From Neocallimastix sp. 'constans' (taxonomy: Eukaryota), in contig JBODTK010000104.1 in the NCBI GenBank assembly GCA_050613775.1, forward strand, positions 186,001-250,000: a stretch of DNA of 64,000 bases, in the 5' to 3' direction. The number at the start of each line of letters is the position of its first letter. Position 1 is the stretch's first letter. Made by a program: the position numbers and the translations under genes. The notes under the pieces are model-generated. The model searched no databases and was not told where the DNA came from. It worked only from the letters and a program-made list of their open reading frames with translations. Of this stretch, positions 39,687-54,960 are shown piece by piece.

Positions 39687-41440
39687 AAAAATTAAACTTA
39701 CAATAAAATAATAATAGAATAATAATAGAATAATAATAGAATAATAATATAGTAATGAAATAAATAGGTCGTAGTGTTGTTGCTTTTAGCCCAACTAATA
39801 CAATTAGCGTTGCTACTTTTTATATCTATTATTCATTTTTTTATTTTTTTATTTATTAAATTTATCAAATTTATCTTCATCAATACTATTCATTAACATT
39901 ATATATTATTTAAAAAATAAAAATAAAAATAAAAATTAAACTTAAAATATAATAATTATAGAATAATAATAAAACAAAAATAATATTGTAATGAAATAAA
40001 TAAAAATTAAACTTAAAATATAGTAATAATAGAATAATAATAGAATAATAATAATATTGTAATAAAATAAATTGCTTGAGGCGTTGCTTCTAGCACAATT
40101 GATATATTTAGTTTTACCAAATACAGAATGAAAAATTCTTATGAAACCGATGAAATCATATTAAATCAAGTTTTCTCTATACAAAATGCCATGAAATCCT
40201 GTGAAAAAAATGATTTTTCTAAAGGATTATGTCATGGTTCATGGATCAAATGTACAATAAACATCCTATAGAGAACTAAAACGTTTTATATAATTAAAAA
40301 ATTTGAAGAAAAAAAAAATTACTTTTTTTTTTTTTACTTCTTATTAAAATTTTTTATTTAAAATTTTTGATAAAATTTTTATTTAATTTTTTTTTTCCTA
40401 TTGTTTAATTCATCATTATAATTCACTATTTAATTGATATCTTTATCAACATTATATACCACATAATAACATACATACATATATATATATATATACATAT
40501 TGTAAATATTATTTAATTAAAAAGAACACGAAAAAAAATTTTGTAGATCTATTATTCGCATTTTTATTATTATTAAGTTCATCTTCTTCAATACTATTCA
40601 TTAACATTATTACATATACGTATTTCTTTTAAATAAAAAAAAAAAATTATTGTAAATATTATTTAATAAAAAAAAATTATTGTAAATATTATTTAATAAA
40701 AAAAATAAAATAAAATAAAATAAAATAAAATAAACTAAAATAAAAAAAATAAAAATAAAAATTAAACTTAAAATATAATAATAATAGAATAATAATAGAA
40801 TAATAATATAGTAATGAAATAAATAGTTCGCAGTGTTGTTGTTTCTAGCCCAGTTGATACATTTAGTGTTGCTACTTTTTTATATCTATTATTCATTTTT
40901 TTATTTTTTTATTATTAAACTTATCTTTATCTATACTATTCATTAGCATTATAACCTATACGTATTTCTAATAACAAAAAATTTATTTTAAATATAATAT
41001 AAAAAATAAAAATAAAAATAAAAATTAAATTTAAAATATAATAATAATAATAATGGAATAATAATAGAATAATAATAGAATAATAATAATATTGTAATGA
41101 AATAAATAAAAATTAAACTTAAAATATACTAATAATAGAAATAATAATAGAAACAATAATAGAATAATAATAGAATAATAATAGAATAATAATAATATTG
41201 TAATGAAATAAACAGGTTGTAGTGTTATTGCTTCTTGCCCAATTGATACATTTAGTGTTAATAAAAATTTCTATGAAACCGATGAAATCATATTAAATCA
41301 AGCTTTCTCTATGTAAAATACAATGAGATCCTGTGAAAAGAATGATTTTTCCAAAGGATTATGTCATGTTTCATGAGTCAAATAGACAACATCATCCTAA
41401 AGAAAAACCAAAGAGTTTTATATAATTAAAAATTTGATAT
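39003..41440 (+). repeat. About 1.1-kb tandem duplication of the last exon and 3' flank of the DUF4189-like gene, with decayed exon copies near 40075-40292 and 41213-41425 and short fragments near 39765-39815 and 40823-40875
   Basis: Variants of AAATCCTGTGAAAAAAATGATT..CTAAAGGATTATGTCATG recur three times. The flanking noncoding sequence is also repeated. The later copies carry indels and stops. Confidence 0.9.
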
Positions 41441-41449
41441 ATATATATA

Positions 41450-41486
<37 letters not shown>

Positions 41487-41719
41487 TCCTCCTCTAAAAG
41501 GATTGTTAGATAGATATATAGCTACATCATATTGTAGAAAACCAAAAAATTATAAATGAAATAAAAACAAACAAATTAAAGTAATATTATTCTTTTTTAT
41601 TTTCATTTTTATTTTTTTAATTTAAACTAATATATTAATTAATTTTTATTTATATATGTAATTCTATATTATTTTAGTAATATGTAAATATATTTGAAAC
41701 TTTTCCAGTAACTTATTAA

Positions 41720-41760
<41 letters not shown>

Positions 41761-41915
41761 AATTTATTTATTAATATTAATTTTTAAAATTTAATATTTT
41801 GGTTTAATGTATGAAGTAAAAAAAATTAAAATAAAAATAATATATATGTAACGTTATTAAAGATTACCAGAAATATTTAATTTTATTCAGAAAAAAAAAA
41901 TAATAAAAAAGAATA

Positions 41916-41982
<67 letters not shown>

Positions 41983-44104
41983 TATTTTATTGTTTTACAT
42001 AAATATATGATAATCACAAATTTAAATTTAGTGTATTGTTTTAATTCTTGGATTTCATATGTAAATCAATTATTTTTATTATTATTTTTAATTGTTATTA
42101 TTAACAATTATTATTATTATTATTAACAATTATTATTAACAATTATTATTAACAATTATTATTAATTTGGAATTATTATTACTATTATTCTTACTATCGT
42201 TATTACTATTATTACTGTTATTTATATTGGTATTATTATTTTTATTATTGTAATTTTTGAACTATTATTTATTTATTATAATTTATTTATTGTTTGTTTT
42301 ATTTAAAATTTTATCTATTTACTTATTTATTTATTTATTTATCTATTTATTTATTGTAATTATATTCTTGATATTATTTTTTTTTTTTTTTTTTTTTATT
42401 TTTTAATTATAATTATGACCGTGTTAAATTTGTGTAACCTTACATCTATATAATTATTATTAATTATTATTATTACTATTTATAATTTTATGATAAGTTA
42501 AAATTTTATTATTTTGATTAGTATTTTGGTCAAAAAAAAAAAAAAATACTTTTATTATTTAATATAAAAGAATATATAATTAGTTTGAGAAATTAGATTA
42601 ATCTATTTATATTTCTTAAACAATAAAAATTAAAAATTAATTAGATATTTATTTATAACCAAGTAAAATAAAAATAAAAATAAAAATAAAAAAAAGATTC
42701 CTTCCTTTCCGATATTCATAATAAAAAAAAAAAAAAAAAATTGTATTATTAGAATTTATAAAATAAAATCAGACTTAATACTATATATGTATACCTAATG
42801 TAAAATATATATATTACTAAATATCTTTTTTTAAAAAAAAATGTAATAATATATAATATATAATATATATATAATATATATAATAATAATATATCAAATA
42901 TGCCTATTTAATCAATATATAATCAACATCTTAAAAAAAAAAAAATAATTTAACTGGAAAAAAAATTAATAATAAAAAATAAAAAATAAAAAATAGATTT
43001 TTAATTAAGAATAGTTAAAAGTTTTACTTTATTTTTATAAAATATACAATAAATAAATAAATATATTAATAAATAAATAAAAAGATAAATTAAAAATAGA
43101 TGAAGATTAAATTAGTATTTCAAACAATCTATTAAATAATTTTCATAAAATTATAATAAAAAAGAATTTTTAATAATAATAAAATTAATGATATTGAAAA
43201 AAAATAATAATAAATATGAGCATTGTTATGAATATGTTTTAAGTTAGATTAAATAACAAATATTAATTAATATTTAATAATAATTAATAATAAATAATAA
43301 AAATATAGAATGAATTGCATTTATAAAGATACTAAAATATATTAACTTTAAATAAGTAAAAAAGAAATCATTTTATCCTTAATATTAATATCACTCTTTT
43401 TTATTTTTTTTTAAATTAATATCATTTTAAAATTAAAAAGAATTAAAATATCTAAATAAATAAAAAGGAAAGATAAAAAAAATTAAAATAATAATAATAA
43501 TAATAATAATAAAAATAATAAGAATCATAATTAGTATAACCCAAATTTAAATTAATTATTATAGTATTAATAATATTAACTTAAACAAATTAAATACAAA
43601 ATATAAAATAAAAATAAATAAAAAAAATACTTAATCTTATAATATATATAATATTAATAATAATAAATTTTATCAATATTTGAAATAATTATATTTTATT
43701 ATTATAATTATTCCTATTCTATTATTATTATTATTACTACTTATTATCAAATATTTATTATTATTATTATTATTTATATCTTTAAATATTAAAGGGAATG
43801 AATAATAAAAACTATTTAAATTATACGTATATTATATATTATATATTATATATAATTACTAATAACTATATTTATTACTAAATTTTATGTTTTTTTGTTC
43901 TTTTTTTTTAAAAAAAAAAAAAAAATATTCAAAGAAAATTATATTATTATATCAATTAATTATATATCATTATCTATTAATTGTTTGGATTACAATTTAA
44001 TAATAAAAATACTAATTTTTATTTTTTACTAATTACTAAATAGTAAATGCCTTATTATAAATTAAAATTTATAAATATAAATTATATATAAATATAAATA
44101 ATAT

Positions 44105-44186
44105 CAGTATCAGTATTTATATAATAATTTTTAATATTTTTTATTTTTTGTGGTCTGAAATAAAATATATATAAAAAAAATTATAA

Positions 44187-44234
<48 letters not shown>

Positions 44235-44460
44235 ATAATAATTAAAAAAAATAATATGTAAATTGGTCTATATGTATATATATAAATAATATCAGTATTT
44301 ATATAATAATTTTTAATATTTTTTATTTTTCGTGGTCTCAAATAAAATACATATAAAAAAAAATTATAAAAAAAAAAAAAAGAAAATATATATATATATA
44401 TATTATATATTTAATAATTAAAAAAAAAAAATAATATGTAAATTGATCTATATGTATATA
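44105..44460. repeat. About 180-bp tandem duplication
   Basis: ATCAGTATTTATAT...GTGGTCT(G/C)AAATAAAAT...ATATGTAAATTG(G/A)TCTATATGTATATA occurs twice. Confidence 0.9.
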
Positions 44461-47400
44461 GATAAACCTATTCCAATATTTTTTTTTTTTTATATTTATT
44501 ATGGTTAGAGTTACACGTAATCTTAGGACGAATAATAAAATTGGTTGAAATATATAAAAATAAAAAAAATTAACGAATAAAAATTAAAAAAAAAAAAATA
44601 AAAAATAAAAAATAAAAATAAAATAAAAAGATATTAATAAAATATGTTTAGTATTATTTTATTATTAAAATATAAAATCATCACTAATATATTTAATTTC
44701 TTTTTACTATTATTACTTAAATTAATTATTAATATTATTAATTTTAATAGTTTTATTTTACTTAAAAAAGTATAAATCATTAATGGATAAAAAATGTATG
44801 TGATATATATCTATATTACTGGTTATAATTATATATTTATTTGTTATTTTATTTTTATTTTTTATTTGTTGTCATTATTATTATTATTATTATTACTGTT
44901 GTTGTCATATTTAATATTCCGATATAATTAACTAAATATTAAAAATTTATTGGAATGGAATGTATATATATTATATATATTTAGTTTAATAGTTAATAAA
45001 AATCACCATCAATTTTTTAATTTTTTTTTTTTTTTAAATATTATTATTATTATTTTTCTTTTTTTAAAATGAGAAAGTTTAAATAATATTAATAATATAT
45101 ATAACGAAAAAGTTTTTTTTTTTTTAAAAAAAAAAACTCCAACTTCTGTTTTAGTTATTATTATTATTATTATCATATAAATATATATAACTATTTTTGT
45201 TTAATTTCAATGTATATATAATAATAATTAAAATTAAATATATATATAGCTATTTCAATTTTGTTACCATTATTGTTTTAAATATTTCATTACTTACACT
45301 AAAGAAATAGGGAAAAGAAATAAAATAAAATGTATGTATAAAAAAAAAAAAAATTAAAACAAAACTAGCTACAAAATTATTAAAAATTATTAAAAATTAT
45401 TAAAAAAATTAAAAATTAAAAAAAGTATTAAATAATAATATATTACAAATATGAAATAAACATGTTTTATTAAAATGTTTTATTATCTTAAATTAAAACC
45501 ACAAGAAAATAAATGAAGTATTAATTATTATTTCTTAAATTAAAAATAATAACAATGATAATAAACACAGTGAAAATAAAAGTGATAATAGTTATAATTT
45601 TATAATCATTTAATAATTATATATTAACACTTTTTTCATTTAAAAATATATAAAAATATATATAATAGCATTAATTATTATTATTTTTTTTATATAATTA
45701 TTGTGGTATTATTAAATTTTTTTATTATTAAATAAAGTTTATATCTATAATTAATTATAAATTATTTTTTTTTTATTATATATCATTGTCAACATTTTAT
45801 ATATTTATTTATTTATTTTGTTTTTATTTTTTTTTTATATTTTCAGATATTTTTGTTTAAAAAAACATATTATATAGTAAAATTGTATAATTCTAATCCT
45901 TTAAATAATAAAAAATAAAAGCATCAAATGATGATGAATCAATTATAATAGATATTTAATAAATCATTTAAACCAACTAAATATAAAGATAAATAAATTT
46001 TGAAACATTAATAAAAAAAAAATATTATATAAATATTTATTTATTTATATTTTTTGTCAAAATAAAAAAATCCCTGTCAATGTTTATTTTATAAATTTTA
46101 TAAATTTTATTATAGAAAATTCGGAGATTATATATGTGAATAAAAAAAAAAAAAAATAGGTTATTATTATAAGTTTTTATTCTTTTTTAAATTATCATTA
46201 TTAACCTTTTAGGAAAAAAAAATGGTGTAGTTTTTTGTCAAAATATTCACTTTTTTTTTTTTTTTTAAAAAAAAAAATACTCATTATTAAATATCAAATA
46301 TAACATTATTAATATATTTTATTATCATTGAAAATGTTCTTTTTTTTTTTTCTTTTCATATAAAAAGTTATTCATTAAGTATTAAAAAAGTAATTTAATT
46401 GAGCAATACAACTTTCTAATGCCTTGTTTAATTTTTAATAAAAAAAAAATTTTTTTTTTTTTTTTTTTCTTTGTAATTAAAATTAAAAATTAAAAAATTT
46501 CATTTATCCTTCAATTAATACAATTTGGTTAAAAATAAAATAAAAATAAAATCCGAAACAATAAAAGAATGAAAGGAATATAATATATTTATAATAATAA
46601 ATAATAAAAAAAATTTTTTTTTATATTCAAATTTTATATTTTATTGATTGTTTTATTTTATTTTTTTTTATTAAAATTTTGAATAATTAAATTGAATGTT
46701 TATATTATTTTATTATTTCTATAATTATTATTATTACCAAGATAATAAAATAAAAACATTAAAAAGTTCTAGATTTTTTTTTTAAAAAAAGTTTTAATGT
46801 CAAGAAAAAGAATTTAAAAACGTTTTATTGTATTCTTATTTTGAATAATCAAAAAAAAAAAAAAGAATTAAAAAATAAAAAGGTTTTATGGTATGCTTAC
46901 TTTGAATAATTAGAAAAAAAAAATTCTTTTTTTATTTTTATGTATTATAATTAACATAATAATTCTGGTCATCATTTAAAGTATTTTATTTTATTATAAT
47001 AAAAATTGGTTAAAGAATACATCAATATTTTTATTTGATTTAAAACTCATTGGTTATATTAATAACTATTAACTTTTAATTAATATAATATATATAAAAT
47101 CAAAATAATTTTTTTTTATTATTACAGTATACCAGTGTTTCAAATTTTTATTATTAATGGTGGGTTGTATTTAATTTTAATTTTTTTTTTTTATTTCCCT
47201 TTATTTATATATATATATTTATTTAAAAAAAAAATCACAGAAATTTATGTTTCTGGGTTCAAAGCTCATTTCATTTAATCTAAGAAATTAAATGAAAAAA
47301 ATATTATCTTTTAATTTATATATATTATGATATATAAAATTTAATTTATTATAAATTAAACTTTTTTATTTTTTATTTTTTATTATATGTTTTTTTTTTT

Positions 47401-47517
47401 TTTTAAAGTTATTAATTAAATATTTAAGTATTTTATTAATTTTAATATTAATATTAAAAGAATTTTGATATTTTTAATTTATAATAAATTTTCTTTTATT
47501 TTCATTTTTTTAATTTT

Positions 47518-47817
47518 ATATAATATAATATAATATAATATAATATAATATAATATAATATAATATAATATAATATAATATAATATAATATAATATAATA
47601 TAATATAATATAATATAATATAATATAATATAATATAATATAATATAATATAATATAATATAATATAATATAATATAATATAATATAATATAATATAATA
47701 TAATATAATATAATATAATATAATATAATATAATATAATATAATATAATATAATATAATATAATATAATATAATATAATATAATATAATATAATATAATA
47801 TAATATAATATAATATA
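47518..47817. repeat. Perfect (TAATA)n microsatellite, about 60 units
   Basis: Uninterrupted pentamer array. Confidence 0.97.
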
Positions 47818-49010
47818 TATAATTTTAAGCGGCAAAAAATAAATAAATTAATAAATAAAAAAAAGAAAAATTATGTTGCATTTTTTTTTAATTTAATATC
47901 AAATGAAATAAATATAAAATACATTTGATATTTTTTTAAGTTTAGTAACATTTATTAAATTAAATTAAAAAATAGTTTACAAAATTAAATAATCCGCATT
48001 CATATTTATTTAACTTATCATATTCATTAAAGTTTAAATACATTAAAGTTAAATGAAAGATGTTTTTTTTTTACCGTCAGTTGAAATTTAATTATTAATT
48101 ACAGTTTCAATTCATTACTATCGGAAGGAGGACATAATTATAATAGAAGTTTATTTATACTACTTTTTTTTTTTTTTTTGTAATCTTCATTTAATTTTAT
48201 TAAATAAATTAATTATAGTATTTAAAGTTTATTTATTTACAATTCTATGATATTGTAAATACTCCATATGTAAAAATATATTTAATGTAAAATATATTGT
48301 TTGTCAATAATTATAATAAAAAAAAAAAAAAAGTAATAGCATTATCATCCAAGCTATAAATGAAATAAATATATTATATGTTAATGATTTTCATGAATTA
48401 TGTACTATTTTATAACATATGCTTATATTCGTCTATTTTTTAATTATATTTTTTTATCATATTTCATTTTAATATGATAAATATAAAATTAATTATAATA
48501 AATTTGCAATTATTGAAAAAAGGAATATAAATTGAAGTTATAGTGTTAAATGAACAATGAATCTAAAAATATAAATTTTATTGAATGAAAAATTTAAAAA
48601 AAAATTATTTCGGTGATATTTCATTATTATCTTAAAATAGAATTTATTTAAGATATAATACTAAAAAAAGATAGCGGTATTTCATACATTATACTTCAAA
48701 CTGACATGCAACCATTATTAATATGAACTAACCATTAAGAGTAATGCAAATTTATATAGTGTCATGGGTTTAAAATATAAAAGCAAAAAAAAAAAATGTT
48801 GGAAAAAAATTATTATTATTATTGAAAATCAATGAAAAAGATAATGAATAAATAAATAATTTAAATTTTAATAAATACCTTATTAAATATTATAAAACAT
48901 TTTTTATTTAACAAAACTTTTTAATTCCATATTAGATTTGCTTTTATATAATATATATCATAGAGACGATTAGTTTCATTTTGTATATATCGAGTTTTGA
49001 ATTTTTAATT

Positions 49011-49043
<33 letters not shown>

Positions 49044-49797
49044 TATAAATTATATAATTTAAAGTTTAAATTATTTTATATATAATTATATGATACATCA
49101 TATATTATATATATATTAGTTTAATTAATTTTTAAATATATAAAAAATTATTTCGTTGATATTATCTTTAATTATTTGGTACCTATTTATTTATATTATC
49201 ATAATAGATATTGGTTACATTCAACTTGACATGGATTAGACTTTAAGAGTATAATACAACATTATCTTTTGTTGCTTTCTCTTTATTTAAAAAATAATGA
49301 TATAATAAAATTACTTTACATGAAAAAATAATGATGTAATAAAATCTTTTTATATGAAGGAAAAAAAATAAAAATAATTTGAGTATAGTATAATCAAAAT
49401 CAAAATAAAAATCAAAATAAAAAAAAAAAAGATAATAATAATAATAATAGATATATCTTTATTTGTATTTATTAAATAATATTAAATAAAATTCTAGTAT
49501 TAAAAGGATTTTTCAAGGAAAAAATTTTTTTAAAAAAAATCGATATATCTATATCGATATTATATTGATTGATAAATAAAAATATTCTTCTATAGTTAAT
49601 ATATAGGTCATTCTACTCTTTTGTTTATTTATGATACTATTCATTTGAAAGATCTTTGATTGTGAATATAGTACATTAGTACATTCTTATTTGATTAATG
49701 ATTATTTAGTACTATCAAATGATTAAAATGACAGATGATAGAATTAGTTTTTTTGGTATAAAGAATTATCCATTATTTGATCAAGCTAATTAATTAC

Positions 49798-49829
<32 letters not shown>

Positions 49830-50726
49830 AAAAAAAAAAACGTTTATGAAAAAGGAAATACACATTTTTAATTAATTAATATATTATAATATATTTAACT
49901 ATATTAATAATTTCCTAATATCATATATTAGAATATATTATAGATAACGCTATATAATAATATATATAATATTACAATATATGGTGATACAATTAATTTA
50001 ATAAATAAATTTGCATATGCTAATAACTATTCTATAAATGTTTAAATCTTTTTTTATATTAAAATGTAACTACTAATTTAATATTTAATAATTAAAAGTA
50101 ATAAAAAATATCAAATATAAATATTATCATAACATTATATCTTAATATTTATTTATATATAATTTTATTTTTTTAATCTATTTTTTTATATAATTTTATT
50201 TATATATATTTTAAGTTTTTTATACATTTTTCATATTTTTTATTTTTTTATACATATATATAAATTTTTATTTTATATTTCATACCATATATTAAATAGA
50301 TAATAATAAATATATGATAATAAAATAATAAGATATTAATAGAAATTGCTTTTTATAAGATGAATAATTTTAATTTAAAATATTTTATTATAATTTTATA
50401 TTATTTAATATTATTTTAAATGTTATTTATCTATTTTTTAATATTTTATGGAAACCTTCTATTTAAAGTAATTTTAATATGAATCTAAATATAGCACTTT
50501 ATTTTTATTCGTGGAAAAATCAAGCAGGTATAACTAATATATATAGAAATTAATTTATATAATCAAATTTAATATATTATAAATATATGTGAACCAATAT
50601 ATTTATTTAAATAAAAACAGCCTACTCAAATATATTTCAATATATGAACTTTTTTATCTTATTTTTGTTTCACATAAAAAATTTATTTTTTTTTTCGAAG
50701 TTTTCCAAATTAATAATCTCTATTCA

Positions 50727-50966
50727 ATAATAAATAATAAATAATAAATAATAAATAATAAATAATAAATAATAAATAATAAATAATAAATAATAAATAA
50801 TAAATAATAAATAATAAATAATAAATAATAAATAATAAATAATAAATAATAAATAATAAATAATAAATAATAAATAATAAATAATAAATAATAAATAATA
50901 AATAATAAATAATAAATAATAAATAATAAATAATAAATAATAAATAATAAATAATAAATAATAAAT
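50727..50966. repeat. (AATAATA)n heptamer array
   Basis: Perfect tandem 7-mer. Confidence 0.95.
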
Positions 50967-51327
50967 ACGAGTATAGCAAATATTTAATAGTAATGTTATA
51001 TAGTGAGTGACTAAATATTAAGTAGTAAATAAAAAGTAAATTATATAAAATAATAAAATTTTTACCAATGTAATAATATTTGAAATAATTACAATATTAA
51101 TCATAGTAAAATTAGTAATTCAATTAGGTAATAGTATTCATAAAAGAATAATAATTAATAATTTCCTATTAGAATTTGAAAGTAAAAATATGAATTACAC
51201 TACTAATTTAAATATAATAAAAAAAATTCTGTATTTCAAAGTGTTAATATAAGAAATGATACAATATAAGAAATGATACGTTTAAAAAAGTCGTAATAAT
51301 AATTCATAATAGAAAAAAATTCTAAAT

Positions 51328-51383
<56 letters not shown>

Positions 51384-52053
51384 TAAAAACTGATTAATAT
51401 TTAGATTAAAATAAAAGAAAAAAAAATACAAATAGAAAATATTTTTATGTATAAAATTTAAGCATTCTAACTTGTTCTAATCCTTTTATATTCTTTGTAT
51501 ATTTTATTTCATATACTTTATTATATTTTATATAATATTTTATAATAATTATAAATTTTAAATTCATTGCATATAAATATTAATTTTAATATTAAATAAT
51601 AATTAAAATAATATTAAATTAATATTTGTTTAATAATTAATTTAATATCATATACAATTCAAAATACAATATATCATATATTAATATATATTATTAGGTT
51701 TATTTTTATTGAAAGAAGAGTGTTTTAAATATATTATTACACTAATATAAAGCATTGATTTTATATGGAAATATCTATTGCACTATATATTCTATATTAA
51801 TTATATATTATCTAGAGTATATTATATAATATAATAAATATATTACAATTAATTAGCAAATCTTATTCAATAATAAATAAATAAATATAATAATATTCTA
51901 TTAGATAAATAATTACTAATTTATTAAATTAAACTCTAAATGTAAGTAAATAAAATAAATAAATGTCAAAATTGGTTAAATTTATTTGGAATATTAGAAT
52001 ATGGAATAATTTAGTCTCCTTAATAATAATAAATAACAAATAATAAATAATTG

Positions 52054-52260
<207 letters not shown>

Positions 52261-53448
52261 AAAAAAAACAATAAAAGAAAGAAAAAAGAACCAATTTTTT
52301 TTTTTTTTTTTTTCTTCTTTTTCTTAAATACTTTATATTTTTATAAATTATATAAAAAGTAGTATTTTAGTATTTTTTTTTTTTTTTATTTAGTATTTAG
52401 TTTTATTATTTTTTTTTTTATTTTAAAAATTTTTATATTTTTTATTTTAAATACTTTTATTATTCGTATTTTTTTTTTTTTATTTTTAAATAAAACCTTT
52501 TAATATAATATTTTTTTGTTAGTTTATTAATTTAAAATACCATTTATATTTGACAAAATAATAAATTAAATATAATTTAATAATAAAAAATTTTGATAAT
52601 TTGAAATTAAAAATACCAATTTTAAAATTCAATATAACAATACAATAATAATACTTAAAATTCATAAACAGTAAAGAAAATAATAATTGATACAATAATT
52701 TTTTATAATTCAATAAAAGTAGTTTGTATTTAAAGTAAGATATTTCTTAGTAAGAATACAACTCTATATATAGGATAAATATATATAATATTTGAATTAC
52801 ATTAAAGGAAATAAAAATTGAAAGAAATTTTGTTTTCATTAAAGAATTTACCTTAATGAAAATTTAATAAATATTTTTATTTCAAACAGTTATTATATAA
52901 GATTACTTAAATATCTGATATAATAACGTAAATATAATTCTTTTATATATATTTAAAATATATATATATTTTAATAATATATTATATTTGCAATTATTAT
53001 ATCTAAACTAAAATTTATTAAATTCTTCTAATAAAATAGGTTTTAATATTTATTAAATTTTGAAAAACAAAGACAAAAACAAAGAAAAACTCAATAACAT
53101 ATCTTTTATTAGAATTCAAGACCAATTTTTATAGTAATTTTTAAATAAAAGAAAAAATGTGTTTTTAGTATTAAACCTTCGATATATTTTACCATTGTGT
53201 AACTTTTTTTTTTATTTAAAAAAAAAGAAATAATAAATATTATCAAAATTTTTTTATCTTAATTCATAAAAAGAAAGATAATTGTTTTATAGAATTAATA
53301 CCATTTTTTTTTAATAAAATAATAAAATAAAATAATTTGTAAATATAAATTTGGATAATAGAATTTTTTATATTTTAATTTACATTAAATAATAAATCTA
53401 GTAGTAAACAATTAATAATTAAAAAAATTTGAAAAAAAAACAAAGAAA

Positions 53449-54960
53449 ATGAAAAGCTCAAAAATAAAGTCAAAAATTTCTCACCTTTTCAAAGGTAAAT
53501 CTCACAAATTAGATAAATATCCAACTTTTGATGCTACAAATAGAAGTCAAGAACCAGCTTTAGAAAATGAAAAGTTAGGAAGTGGTCATGGAAATAAAAA
53601 GTCTCATAAAAAAGCTAAAGCTAGTTTAAATATAAGTTTAATTGATACAAAGAAAAAGAGTATTGGTGAATTTCCAGTTTTACCTTCTCCAATTTCAGAT
53701 AATAATGAATCTGCAAAATTAACTGCTGAAGAATTTGCTAAAGCTGTAGGTATTAAAATTTTACACAAGACCGATGAAGAAGAAGATGAAGAATGTGATT
53801 GTGAATACTGCAGAGCTGCCTGTTACAATAATAATGGAAACTTAAATACGATTAGTTTAACAGATGAAAATGGTGTACCCATTCAGCAAATCCCAAATAT
53901 TTCCTTAAATCAATATTCAATTACACATGGCTCTATTGCATCTTCAAGTAATTCATCCGTGTCTGCTAATATGAGTATGAATAATATTCATCCATTCCCA
54001 TCCTTAAACAATATTAATAGATGTACAAGTAATTCTACCATTCATTCTACTCATTCCATTGGTAACAGTAAAACTATTGGTACTCCAGGATATCCATGTC
54101 ATCGTAGTAGAAAGAATTCCACTTCTAAGGTTGTAGATATGTCCTTATTTATACCACCAACTGAAGAGGAACTTAGAAGAGTTCACAGTTCATCATTATC
54201 CATTAATTCTACTCCAGAAACTTCAAACATTCCTGTTCCAGGAGGAGAAAAGAATATCGGCGGTAGTTTAGATAGAAATAGAAATATTGGTTACAAAAAG
54301 AATTATTATGGTGTCAACCCATCTCCAATTCGTACTCGTCAAAGATCTATTTCTACTAGTATTGTTTCAACTAAAGGAAATAATGCTAAAATTGTTAAGG
54401 CTAATGATTTAAAAACTTCACCAGTTTTAATGGATTCCAATGTTAATTGTTCTTCTCGTATTCAATTTAAACAATACCATCGTTGTGATTCTGGTACTGA
54501 ACTTTCTAATGGTAATGCTAATGTTAATCATTCCTCTCCAAATAAAAGATTTTACCAAAATTCACTTATGTCTTCTTCACCATCTATTAGTACACTTTCT
54601 TCTTCCTCCCAATCACAAAATATTGTTCATATTCCATCAACTAATTCTCAGTCTTCTTCTGCTCCTCGTCAGAGAAGTCCAATTCCAAGTAATTTATCCA
54701 TTCAATGTGTTAAAGTTTCACCAAAACCAAGTAATATTGTAACTCCTCTTTCTTCTTCAGCTAGATCTACCTGTTCTCTTGTAACACCAGTTAAACCACA
54801 TTCTAACTTCAAGATCACTAGATCCGTAACTATCTCTGAAGGTACCCGTTGTTCAGAAATTGATATTCAACCACTTCAACCAGATGAAATTAAAGTTTAC
54901 ACTAAAGGTCGTTTTACTATCACTTGTGAACATTCTAGACGTCCATCTAATTATTATTAA
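53449..54960 (+). CDS. Intronless 503-aa Ser/Asn-rich, probably disordered protein of unknown function
   Basis: Long ORF with host-like codon usage and an A-rich ATG context. Short motif-like islands: LTAEEFAKAVGIKIL, CDCEYC, VVDMSLFIPP, KVYTKGRFTITCE. Confidence 0.85.
   Translation: MKSSKIKSKISHLFKGKSHKLDKYPTFDATNRSQEPALENEKLGSGHGNKKSHKKAKASLNISLIDTKKKSIGEFPVLPSPISDNNESAKLTAEEFAKAVGIKILHKTDEEEDEECDCEYCRAACYNNNGNLNTISLTDENGVPIQQIPNISLNQYSITHGSIASSSNSSVSANMSMNNIHPFPSLNNINRCTSNSTIHSTHSIGNSKTIGTPGYPCHRSRKNSTSKVVDMSLFIPPTEEELRRVHSSSLSINSTPETSNIPVPGGEKNIGGSLDRNRNIGYKKNYYGVNPSPIRTRQRSISTSIVSTKGNNAKIVKANDLKTSPVLMDSNVNCSSRIQFKQYHRCDSGTELSNGNANVNHSSPNKRFYQNSLMSSSPSISTLSSSSQSQNIVHIPSTNSQSSSAPRQRSPIPSNLSIQCVKVSPKPSNIVTPLSSSARSTCSLVTPVKPHSNFKITRSVTISEGTRCSEIDIQPLQPDEIKVYTKGRFTITCEHSRRPSNYY

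Noticed and set aside
47518..47817. Regular repeats considered as a CRISPR array or telomere
   Set aside because: No spacers and no G-rich strand. This is a simple internal microsatellite in a eukaryotic context.
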